IMG/VR virus record: IMGVR_UViG_3300027898_000003
Location: 1-56,910 of that record
From: a virus
DNA: 56,910 bases
Reading direction: 5' to 3' (one strand)
Numbering within the stretch: position 1 is the first letter of the stretch; every line of letters begins with the position of its first letter. Below the pieces are notes generated by a model. That model ran no database searches and was not told the origin of the DNA. It saw only the letters and a program-made list of their open reading frames with translations. The translations under genes were made by a program, and so were the position numbers. Positions 1 to 7,027 of the stretch are shown one piece after another.

Positions 1-90
1 CCGACATACTTGGAAACATCAAAGTAACCGCCCTTTCCATCTTGCAGATAGACCTGTCCCGCACCATTCCGCACCACTTGCGCCACAGGC
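1..90. repeat. Terminal redundancy: bases 1-90 are identical to 56821-56910 (circular-assembly overlap or short direct terminal repeat)
   Basis: Direct comparison of the first and last 90 nt (ccgacatacttggaaacatc...cgccacaggc) shows identity. Confidence 0.95.
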
Positions 91-389
91 TCACTCACTG
101 CGGCAGCGGGTGGGGTGGCAAGCATTGAAATCACAAAATCCAATGCGGCCTGTTCATTTGGGCCAAGCAGTTTTTCCTCGCGCTTAAATCGCTCCATGAA
201 ATACTGTGCGCGGTGTGCAGTCATGGTGCTTTGCGCTACAGGCTCATTCACTGCGCTCTTTGCGCCAGCGTCAAAGGCATACAACATCGCAGTAAAAATC
301 TTGTCGGTGGTAATCGGCGGCGCTTTGCCCTGCGGAATGTTGTTGGCGGCGTTGTACCACTCGGTCAACTGCTCTTTAGTGATGATCAT
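1..389 (-). CDS. 5' (N-terminal) part of a gene that crosses the window ends; joins to 56424..56820 to give a 261-aa hypothetical protein
   Basis: ATG at 389 overlaps (ATGA) the stop of 386..694. The frame stays open to base 1 and is in frame with ORF 56424..56906 through the duplicated end. Translation starts MIITKEQLTEWYNAANNIPQGK... Confidence 0.7.
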   Translation of the reverse strand, partial: MIITKEQLTEWYNAANNIPQGKAPPITTDKIFTAMLYAFDAGAKSAVNEPVAQSTMTAHRAQYFMERFKREEKLLGPNEQAALDFVISMLATPPAAAVSEPVAQVVRNGAGQVYLQDGKGGYFDVSKYV

Positions 390-694
390 TTCTTCGCTCC
401 AATCACTGCAAGCGCGATGGCCTTCTGCGGGGTTTCGTAATACTCCCATTCGTTTCGAGTAGTCCATGTCCCATTGAACATATAAGGAAAAGCGTTGTAC
501 TTCTCCGCAATTGGCCCAATGACGTTCCAGTCGCGGTAGTCGAAGATGTGCCATTCTTCTGGAAAATGCCCATCAGGTGTAACGCAAATGGTCACTTTTC
601 TTTCGCCGTCATAGGTAACTGTGGTGTAGATTTGCTTCCACCCAATCGCCAGCGCGAGGGCTTTGGAGATTTCGAGGTCGGATAGCGTCGTCAT
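386..694 (-). CDS. DUF2591 / phage ABA-sandwich-like protein (tentative family)
   Basis: 102-aa ORF. LSDLEISKALALAIGW and DWNVIGPIAEKYNAF resemble this family from memory. ATGA overlaps on both sides. Confidence 0.6.
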   Translation of the reverse strand: MTTLSDLEISKALALAIGWKQIYTTVTYDGERKVTICVTPDGHFPEEWHIFDYRDWNVIGPIAEKYNAFPYMFNGTWTTRNEWEYYETPQKAIALAVIGAKK

Positions 695-1185
695 TTGCCG
701 CGCCCTTCGTAATGAGTGTGCAGCTTGGCCGCAACTACTTCATAAAAATCAGATGCAGATTCGGCTGTCTTAAAAGAACCAAGACGGATTTGCCGTCCGT
801 TAAATCTGATAGTTGCTACAAATTTGTTACCGGCCTTAGTTACGCCGCGATATCCCGTTTGGTTGTCTGCACGCAACCCAGTGTTTTGGACGTTCTGAGA
901 TTTATCCGCTTCGCGCAAATTGGTTATGCGGTTGTCTGTTTTGACGCGGTTGATGTGATCAATGTAGTTGGGCGGTACATCACCATAAAAGTGCTGCCAA
1001 GCAAGACGGTGAGCAGAATAGTTTTTTCCGTCAAGCCCAATGCAAATATACCCATTACCCATTGGAGCGCCAGCAGGTGTGCCGGGTTTAATGGTTCCCC
1101 AGCGACCAGCAGGGCTGCGCCAAGTAAACAAGCCGGTGTCGCTGTCATAGTCAAGCATATGTCGCAATCGTTCAGTGGTCAGCAT
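691..1185 (-). CDS. HNH homing endonuclease with AP2-like DNA-binding domain
   Basis: IDHINRVKTDNRITNLREA is an HNH_3-type motif. It is followed by GYRGVTKAGNKFVATIRFNGRQIRLGSF (AP2-like). Confidence 0.85.
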   Translation of the reverse strand: MLTTERLRHMLDYDSDTGLFTWRSPAGRWGTIKPGTPAGAPMGNGYICIGLDGKNYSAHRLAWQHFYGDVPPNYIDHINRVKTDNRITNLREADKSQNVQNTGLRADNQTGYRGVTKAGNKFVATIRFNGRQIRLGSFKTAESASDFYEVVAAKLHTHYEGRGK

Positions 1186-1237
1186 GTTTCTTTCCTTTCA
1201 ATCCGCGCACCACGGGCTGCGGCAAAAAGTAGGCGGT

Positions 1238-1411
1238 TCATGGTGCAACCCTCCACAACCAGACAGTAATGTCGATAACAAACATACACAAAGCCGCCAA
1301 CGTCAAATTCTCAGCTACGGAAGTAATAAACTTGTTGCGCTCTGATAGCTGGTCGTTGATGGTTCGGGCAATAAACGACATGCCAAAAAGCCAAAATCCA
1401 ATCGCAGTCAT
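1238..1411 (-). CDS. small membrane protein (57 aa)
   Basis: Internal ATG of track ORF 1238..1456, chosen because it forms an ATGA overlap with the upstream mini-ORF. MTAIGFWLFGMSFIA... and LTLAALCMFVIDITVWLW are hydrophobic. Confidence 0.55.
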   Translation of the reverse strand: MTAIGFWLFGMSFIARTINDQLSERNKFITSVAENLTLAALCMFVIDITVWLWRVAP

Positions 1412-1506
1412 GGCATACCTTTCCAAATGAGAACAACAAAAAATATGACGATGCAAATGGGCATGACGATGTACAGCCCAATGGCTTGGATAACTTCGAC
1501 GGTCAT
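1408..1506 (-). CDS. tiny hydrophobic peptide (32 aa), not in ORF track
   Basis: Hand translation: MTVEVIQAIGLYIVMPICIVIFFVVLIWKGMP. ATGA overlaps at both ends. Confidence 0.45.
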   Translation of the reverse strand: MTVEVIQAIGLYIVMPICIVIFFVVLIWKGMP

Positions 1507-1574
1507 GGTGCGGGCCTTTGAAAAATTATGATGAGGATTAGAACCAAAATAAACCAGTCTCGGATGTCGCTCAT
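1503..1574 (-). CDS. tiny hydrophobic peptide (23 aa), not in ORF track
   Basis: Hand translation: MSDIRDWFILVLILIIIFQRPAP. ATGA overlap with the stop of 1571..1789 and with the next start. Confidence 0.4.
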   Translation of the reverse strand: MSDIRDWFILVLILIIIFQRPAP

Positions 1575-1789
1575 GCTAATTCCTCTGGTACTTCAAAGTA
1601 TTCGCCGCATGCAGTGCAAAACAAACGAACAGCATCATCGGCGGTCGATGGTTCATCGTGAGAATAGCTTGCAACGAGCTTGCCGTCTTGCACGGTAACC
1701 GGCGAATAAGAAACTGTGTCTTTGGCCAGCAGCAAGTCAGCGCCGCCACACGCTGAACATTTGTTGTCGATAAGCTTAGATAGCTTCAT
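1571..1789 (-). CDS. zinc-ribbon protein (72 aa)
   Basis: ATG 1789 has GGAG 6 nt upstream. Two CxxC pairs (CSACGG ... CTACGE). Confidence 0.6.
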   Translation of the reverse strand: MKLSKLIDNKCSACGGADLLLAKDTVSYSPVTVQDGKLVASYSHDEPSTADDAVRLFCTACGEYFEVPEELA

Positions 1790-1790
1790 A

Positions 1791-2237
1791 TCAAGCTCCA
1801 AAGTATTGTTGAAGATGTTTGTACACAGCATGCATCTGTTGCAGCGTCAGCCCGCGCAAAGCATCGTCTGGGGAGAACGCTTCGGGCTTAGGCATAGTGG
1901 CAGCGGCTTGCGGTGCAGGGTTCACTACGCTTGGGTGCGTAGGGGTTTTCTTCTGGGGCTTCTTAGGCCCGATGTACCCTTCAGGAAACGTAGCGACAGC
2001 AACGCTGTAGCGTTTCACTTTCTGGTTGGTGTGCCGGTTAATGTCGCTGGTGTATTTGATAACGCCAGCATGTTCCATGTCGCTGATGGCTTGTGCAGGG
2101 TCATAAGGGAACTGCAAGCCTTTCATGATGTCGGCTCTTGTTTTTTCCGGGTGGTCCTTGAGCCAGTTGAATATGCGTTGCTTAACCGTAGGCAATTTAA
2201 CGCCAGCAGCCACCAAGGCGGTAGTGATTTGATTCAT
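1791..2237 (-). CDS. hypothetical protein (148 aa)
   Basis: Track ORF 1791..2261. Start moved to ATG 2237 (MNQITTALV), which overlaps (ATGA) the stop of the hidden lipoprotein gene. Confidence 0.6.
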   Translation of the reverse strand: MNQITTALVAAGVKLPTVKQRIFNWLKDHPEKTRADIMKGLQFPYDPAQAISDMEHAGVIKYTSDINRHTNQKVKRYSVAVATFPEGYIGPKKPQKKTPTHPSVVNPAPQAAATMPKPEAFSPDDALRGLTLQQMHAVYKHLQQYFGA

Positions 2238-2386
2238 CGCGTCCATCTCCATAATTCCCACAATGCACCCAATTCAACGAGGCTGGCCCCAGCCTGCTCA
2301 ACCACCGGTGCATCGGGTGGCAGTTGACGTTGTAAAGTCCCGCAGCCGCTAAGCGTTATGACCAGTGCTGCAATTACGTATTTCAT
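2234..2386 (-). CDS. small lipoprotein (50 aa), not in ORF track
   Basis: GGAGG 4 nt upstream of ATG 2386. Hand translation MKYVIAALVITLSGCGTLQRQLPPDAPVVEQAGASLVELGALWELWRWTR has a signal peptide and LSGC lipobox. ATGA overlaps on both sides. Confidence 0.6.
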   Translation of the reverse strand: MKYVIAALVITLSGCGTLQRQLPPDAPVVEQAGASLVELGALWELWRWTR

Positions 2387-3111
2387 GTAACCTCCACAAA
2401 AGATTTATCCCAGCTGCGAACGTCGCCAAGTGGATACACCTGATTGACAACCCACGCAACACCTTTGCCTTTGATGCATTCGACCAAATCCGTTGGGTCG
2501 ATCAACTCTCCAGCTTCGTACGATCGCTTGACAAACAGCGAATCAAACCATGTCGATGCTCGTGTCTCCATCATTGCCATCGCAATAAAAGGTTTCAACC
2601 ACTTCTTGAACGCAATACGGGCTTTCTTGCGCGCGTCCGAAGTAGTGGGCTCTTTCTCGTTGGGCGCGTCGACACTACTAGCAACGTCGAGCATACCGTT
2701 TTTGTACGTTAAGCGTATAGGGAAATCCCCAGTTGCATGTTTGTTAAAACCGACTATGACTTCGCGACCAGTCGTTGCAAACTGCTTGCTGTATGCCCCT
2801 ACGCCCAGCACACGGTACATAAAATATGTGCTGGTTTGTCGTTCATCGACGTTGTACTGCACTTCGCGGCGCTCGCAGCCATTGATCAATTCTGGCTTGT
2901 AGAATCGCGCCATAGACGTGCTGTACAAGACCACATCGTAGTAACCATCGTGCTTTTCAACACGAAAATGGGGTTTGCTAATGCCGTCCAATGGACGCTG
3001 GTTTTCTTTCCACTTTTTACTTCGCGTCTTGAGTGGTGTCTTGAACAAATAATCTGCTGCTTCGTAGTTTTGAATGCGTTCGCAATTACGAACGTTTGCG
3101 CCCCATGCCAT
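2383..3111 (-). CDS. hypothetical protein (242 aa)
   Basis: Track ORF 2383..3126. ATG 3111 (MAWGAN) is preceded by AAGGAA. Confidence 0.65.
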   Translation of the reverse strand: MAWGANVRNCERIQNYEAADYLFKTPLKTRSKKWKENQRPLDGISKPHFRVEKHDGYYDVVLYSTSMARFYKPELINGCERREVQYNVDERQTSTYFMYRVLGVGAYSKQFATTGREVIVGFNKHATGDFPIRLTYKNGMLDVASSVDAPNEKEPTTSDARKKARIAFKKWLKPFIAMAMMETRASTWFDSLFVKRSYEAGELIDPTDLVECIKGKGVAWVVNQVYPLGDVRSWDKSFVEVT

Positions 3112-3269
3112 AGCTATTCCTTTCAAGTGTTAAGGGTGGTGGGTTGGGCCTTACTCGCCCACCGCGAGCTATTTGAATCTGAACCGGCTGTTCATCGTCA
3201 TCGGGGGGCCGATTCAGAAACCGAAGGTCATAGAGGACCCCATCGCTTCGGCCAGTATGCACACCCCCG

Positions 3270-4469
3270 TTATTCTTCCATCTCGAAGTGTATCGTGATA
3301 CCCCACGGCGCCACAATGTCAGAGCTGATTAACCAGATGACAGGATAACCCGGGTCTTCGCCGAACGGCGTGTAGCCATCGGTCAGGCAGATAAATACAT
3401 CGGGCTCGATGCCATGCTCCTGTACCCAGTCAAAGCCTACCGGCATGTTTGTGCCGCCGCCGCGCATGAATTCCAATACAACCGGTTCTTCAGCCTCAAA
3501 TTCGACGTGCTTCTGGACATGCGTGTCGGTGTAGATGACGTGCACTTTCTCAGGCGCGCACTGCTCGAAGATGCGGGCAACGTGGCCGTTGTAGTACGCC
3601 ATCTCACGCTCGGATACGGAACCAGACACATCGACTTGCTCGACAATGGTACCCATGGTTTGTTTGCGACCAGTGCTGGGGAAGTACGTTACCCGGCTGT
3701 CGTACCGGCGGTTAGGCCGAGCCCATGTGCTGTTACTCTGAATGAAGCCAGTCATGTAACGCTCAAGGATGTCATACCACGGCGTCTTGACTGCGAGCAA
3801 GCTTGTGACCAACTGTTCCAGAATACCAGTGAGCTTGCCTGCCATCTTGGCGGCTTGCGCTGCTTGGGCAACCTCACGGAAAATACGTGCCTGCGCATCA
3901 GAAGCTTCCTGCTCGGTGCATGGGTCGGAGTCGTCTATGTCGTTGCCGATACCACCGCCTTCATCCGTTGACTCGGGCAGCTCGTTGTACACACGGTCGG
4001 TCGTCTTCTGATGCGAGCCGGGCATGTCAACCGTGTTGGGGATAGGCACACCGATCTTGCACTGGGCCAAGAAGTCGTTGATGACTGCATCGCCGGCATA
4101 GTTCCAGCGCGCATGGTTGCGGCTACCGCGACGGTACAGGTGGTCGAACATCTCATGGCCTACCTCATGGCACAGCGCCCACATAAGCTGGTCAACGGTC
4201 CACTGTGAACACCACTTGGGGTTGAGTTTGATCTGGCTGCGCCGGTTGATCGACAGCGTGGGTATGTCGTACGAAAAGATAAGCTCGCGGCGCAACACCA
4301 TGACTGCCCAGAAACAGTGATGCAGGACAAGTTGAGTCTTGGCTTTGGAGAGCTTGAACTCAAACGCTTTAAGGCCTGCTGGTGACAGATGCTCCGTAGA
4401 ACTTGTTGATGAGCGCTGGGCTCCAGAGTGTTGAGCTGCTGCCGAACTTGTTGAGGTTGCTTGGGTCAT
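3270..4469 (-). CDS. metallopeptidase-VWA fusion protein (DUF2201-like architecture), partner of MoxR-type ATPase
   Basis: HEVGHEMFDH (HExxH) lies in the N-terminal half. The C-terminal VWA has MIDAS residues DVSGSV ... GGGT ... TDG. The 5' end is uncertain because of a 101-nt overlap with 4369..4686. Confidence 0.8.
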   Translation of the reverse strand: MTQATSTSSAAAQHSGAQRSSTSSTEHLSPAGLKAFEFKLSKAKTQLVLHHCFWAVMVLRRELIFSYDIPTLSINRRSQIKLNPKWCSQWTVDQLMWALCHEVGHEMFDHLYRRGSRNHARWNYAGDAVINDFLAQCKIGVPIPNTVDMPGSHQKTTDRVYNELPESTDEGGGIGNDIDDSDPCTEQEASDAQARIFREVAQAAQAAKMAGKLTGILEQLVTSLLAVKTPWYDILERYMTGFIQSNSTWARPNRRYDSRVTYFPSTGRKQTMGTIVEQVDVSGSVSEREMAYYNGHVARIFEQCAPEKVHVIYTDTHVQKHVEFEAEEPVVLEFMRGGGTNMPVGFDWVQEHGIEPDVFICLTDGYTPFGEDPGYPVIWLISSDIVAPWGITIHFEMEE

Positions 4470-4686
4470 ACCATCCTTTGGGTTGAGTTAAATAAGTTTT
4501 GCCGTTTTCGAGGGCGTAAATATTCGCTTGAATAATTTGTTTCCAGTTGTGGCTAAACGGTGGAATGTGGTCTTTGTGTCCTCCTTCAAGAAGAAAGGTA
4601 ACCATCAACGCTTTGTATTCCTTGCGTCGTTGGCGACGAGTTAAATTGCGATTAGAACGCTTCTTTTTTTCTTTGTTCGTGGTCAT
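4369..4686 (-). CDS. hypothetical basic protein (105 aa)
   Basis: ORF with ATGA overlap to the upstream gene. Lys/Arg-rich N-terminus. Confidence 0.55.
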   Translation of the reverse strand: MTTNKEKKKRSNRNLTRRQRRKEYKALMVTFLLEGGHKDHIPPFSHNWKQIIQANIYALENGKTYLTQPKGWYDPSNLNKFGSSSTLWSPALINKFYGASVTSRP

Positions 4687-4898
4687 TCGTCAAGCTTCTG
4701 ATTGGCAATCATGACCGACACATAGTCCTTGTTCAGAATCGTACCGGTAATCGTGGGTTGGTGTTTGTGCAGTTCATAAATATAACCCGGGCCAGACTCG
4801 TAACGATTGGTAACGTCCACCAGTTCACCAAGCAAATCACTGCAGCGCAACGGGACCATAAACGTGCCTTGGATAACAATGTGTGCTTCGTTTTTCAT
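4683..4898 (-). CDS. hypothetical protein (71 aa)
   Basis: ORF in an ATGA-coupled chain. Confidence 0.55.
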   Translation of the reverse strand: MKNEAHIVIQGTFMVPLRCSDLLGELVDVTNRYESGPGYIYELHKHQPTITGTILNKDYVSVMIANQKLDE

Positions 4899-5125
4899 TC
4901 AAGTAACCTCGATATGTAATGAGCAATGCATTGCTCGATTGCGTCTTCCTGCTTACAAACAGGACCCTGAAAGTCTGACCACGCCGGAAATTTTCTTGCA
5001 CGCACGCAAGAACGGTATGACCAACCGTGAGAATGCTTTTGAACGACACCCACAATAAGATGGTTTGCATCATACAAATACTGACTGTTGTACATAACTT
5101 CATAGTCGCTGGCTTGGATACTCAT
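4895..5125 (-). CDS. hypothetical protein (76 aa)
   Basis: ORF in an ATGA-coupled chain. Confidence 0.55.
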   Translation of the reverse strand: MSIQASDYEVMYNSQYLYDANHLIVGVVQKHSHGWSYRSCVRARKFPAWSDFQGPVCKQEDAIEQCIAHYISRLLE

Positions 5126-5415
5126 GAGTGCTCCATTATGAACATAGCCATCCGAGCACGCTCAGCCTTGATGTCGTGTATCCATGTGCCTGAATAACAA
5201 TTAAAAGAACCAGAAAGTGATTTTGGTGCAAGAACACTAAGGTGGTTGTGCAACGTCATGTCATCGTCAGTGGTTAGCACAGAATAAGCGTGCTTGTTAC
5301 TACAACACACGCATTGCCGGCACCGGTGCAATGTTTGATCGGCGGTCAAACCGTTGCTAAATATGGGCGCTTCAACATAACGATAGCGCTTGCGTTTAAA
5401 GGTGGTGGTAATCAT
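5122..5415 (-). CDS. hypothetical Cys-rich protein (97 aa)
   Basis: Internal ATG (MITTTFKRKRY) of track ORF 5122..5535 gives an ATGA overlap with 5412..5645. Contains CRQCVCC. Confidence 0.5.
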   Translation of the reverse strand: MITTTFKRKRYRYVEAPIFSNGLTADQTLHRCRQCVCCSNKHAYSVLTTDDDMTLHNHLSVLAPKSLSGSFNCYSGTWIHDIKAERARMAMFIMEHS

Positions 5416-5645
5416 GCATCCTCCAGTTTGGTTGTGACCAACGAGTAAATCAACATGGTCGTTGCTTCTTGCTGGGTAGCGCATGGCCTGCTGACAAGGT
5501 ACGGTTGATCGCTGGTAAAGTCGTTCCAGTACCAAGCTTTCTGGTCTTGCTTACCAGTCACCATGTCTTCGTACACACGCCCTAGTTGACGCCCATCGTC
5601 GTGATACAAGAACATGTAGCAGGGGAGAACGTCATCCCATCTCAC
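5412..5645 (-). CDS. hypothetical protein (77 aa)
   Basis: ORF in an ATGA-coupled chain. Confidence 0.5.
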   Translation of the reverse strand: MRWDDVLPCYMFLYHDDGRQLGRVYEDMVTGKQDQKAWYWNDFTSDQPYLVSRPCATQQEATTMLIYSLVTTKLEDA

Positions 5646-6532
5646 GCGAAGTAAGCAGCCAGCTTGTCGGCGGCAGCTTCCAAGTTAGCCTTGGCTGTGG
5701 AACGCGCAGTTTCGTCGGTCTTGATTGTCTCGATGCCGAACGTGTAACCTTGCACCAAGCGCTCGATGTCGGCAATTTCTGCCAACAACTGAGGCGTTGC
5801 GTCGATAGCCAGCTTGCGCGCCAGCTTGCAGCCTTCCAGCACGTTTTCCAGTACGCTCGCATGGAAGCGTTCGCCCTTCTCGCCTTTGTAGGTACCTAGC
5901 CGGTTGGTCAGATACTCCAGTGGTTTGAGCATGCGTTCGATCGTTGCGTTGTTGGTGTCAGCCAGCATCTCGGCAAACTGCGAACGCACTGCCTGCTTGT
6001 CTTCCTCGTCCATGTCAAACAGCGGGTGCGACTCGTCGGGCAAGGGAATCATACGGAAATCAAAGCTGATGCGTGCAGCAAACTCGGATGCTGTTGGGTA
6101 GTCGCTCAGCGTTGCATGGCCGTTGGCTTTGCCGTAGTTGCGGTACGCGATGTCGTCGAGCACCAGCTGGTCATATATGGGCAATACGTTCTGCTTATGG
6201 CTGTCCACCACAGCGATCAAGTGCCGCAGCCCTTGGGTGTACTCGAAGATGTTGTCGCCGCGCACCAGCCGCTTATCGCCGCAACGCTCGGTGTTGTCGC
6301 AGTGATAGGCATAGACCTCGGATACAGCCCGCATAAGCTTCCACACAGGCGTGCTTTCCTTGCGAAACAGTTTGGTAAATGCCGTGGCTGATGCATCGGA
6401 CTGACGCAGCTGAGCCGTTGCCGTGTTGTCGCGTTTGACCAGTGTTGTTCGTCGAATAACCAGCTTGGCTTCGATGGCTTTCTCGGAAAGCTTTGCGACT
6501 TTGGGAACCATGGGGGTTTGAATGAGGTGCAT
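5642..6532 (-). CDS. conserved hypothetical protein, possibly DUF3150-like
   Basis: 296-aa ORF with AAGGA before ATG 6532. It lies between the AAA+ and VWA genes. The family name is from recollection only. Confidence 0.6.
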   Translation of the reverse strand: MHLIQTPMVPKVAKLSEKAIEAKLVIRRTTLVKRDNTATAQLRQSDASATAFTKLFRKESTPVWKLMRAVSEVYAYHCDNTERCGDKRLVRGDNIFEYTQGLRHLIAVVDSHKQNVLPIYDQLVLDDIAYRNYGKANGHATLSDYPTASEFAARISFDFRMIPLPDESHPLFDMDEEDKQAVRSQFAEMLADTNNATIERMLKPLEYLTNRLGTYKGEKGERFHASVLENVLEGCKLARKLAIDATPQLLAEIADIERLVQGYTFGIETIKTDETARSTAKANLEAAADKLAAYFA

Positions 6533-6542
6533 ACAATTTTCC

Positions 6543-6794
6543 TTAAGCGAGTTCTAACAATGCCATTGCGTGCTGGATGCGCGCTTCGGGTGTGTTGAGG
6601 ATGTACACGGTGTGAACGCAATAATAAAAATCGTCTTCGGGTGACAATCTACTAAGTGTTTTACATCCTTGGTTGTTGTACGAATTAAGTGCGCATCCTG
6701 TGCACGCATTCATTTCGTCGGGGTGAACTGGCCAGCGCACAAGCTGGTACTCTATACCTTCGTATGTGGTTGTATCTCCTATGTTAAGTTTCAC
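6543..6794 (-). CDS. Cys-rich miniprotein, paralog family member
   Basis: GTG start with GGAGG upstream and a GTGA overlap. CTGC...C...C, then an ...ALLELA tail. Confidence 0.6.
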   Translation of the reverse strand: MKLNIGDTTTYEGIEYQLVRWPVHPDEMNACTGCALNSYNNQGCKTLSRLSPEDDFYYCVHTVYILNTPEARIQHAMALLELA

Positions 6795-7027
6795 GCTGCC
6801 TCCAGTTTGAGTGCGATGTAGTCTCCCATTGCTTCTTTGTTATCTGGAACGTAAATAATGCTGCGACAATGACCATATTCTGTGTACACAACACGACAAC
6901 CCGGGCTTCTAATAATAAAATCTCTGTTGTCGAACGCGCAGCCTGTGCAGCTTTCAAACCCAGTTGTGCCGGGTTTTACTTCCGGCACTGTGCGGTAGTC
7001 AACGCCCCTATACAAGAACGTCGGCAT
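6791..7027 (-). CDS. Cys-rich miniprotein, paralog family member
   Basis: Internal ATG (MPTFLYRG) of track ORF 6791..7210. CTGC...C...C, then an ...LKLEAA tail. Confidence 0.55.
   Translation of the reverse strand: MPTFLYRGVDYRTVPEVKPGTTGFESCTGCAFDNRDFIIRSPGCRVVYTEYGHCRSIIYVPDNKEAMGDYIALKLEAA

Noticed and set aside
712-1269. 185-aa plus-strand ORF
   Set aside because: It is antisense to the HNH-AP2 endonuclease gene, which has unambiguous motifs. All neighbouring genes are on the minus strand.
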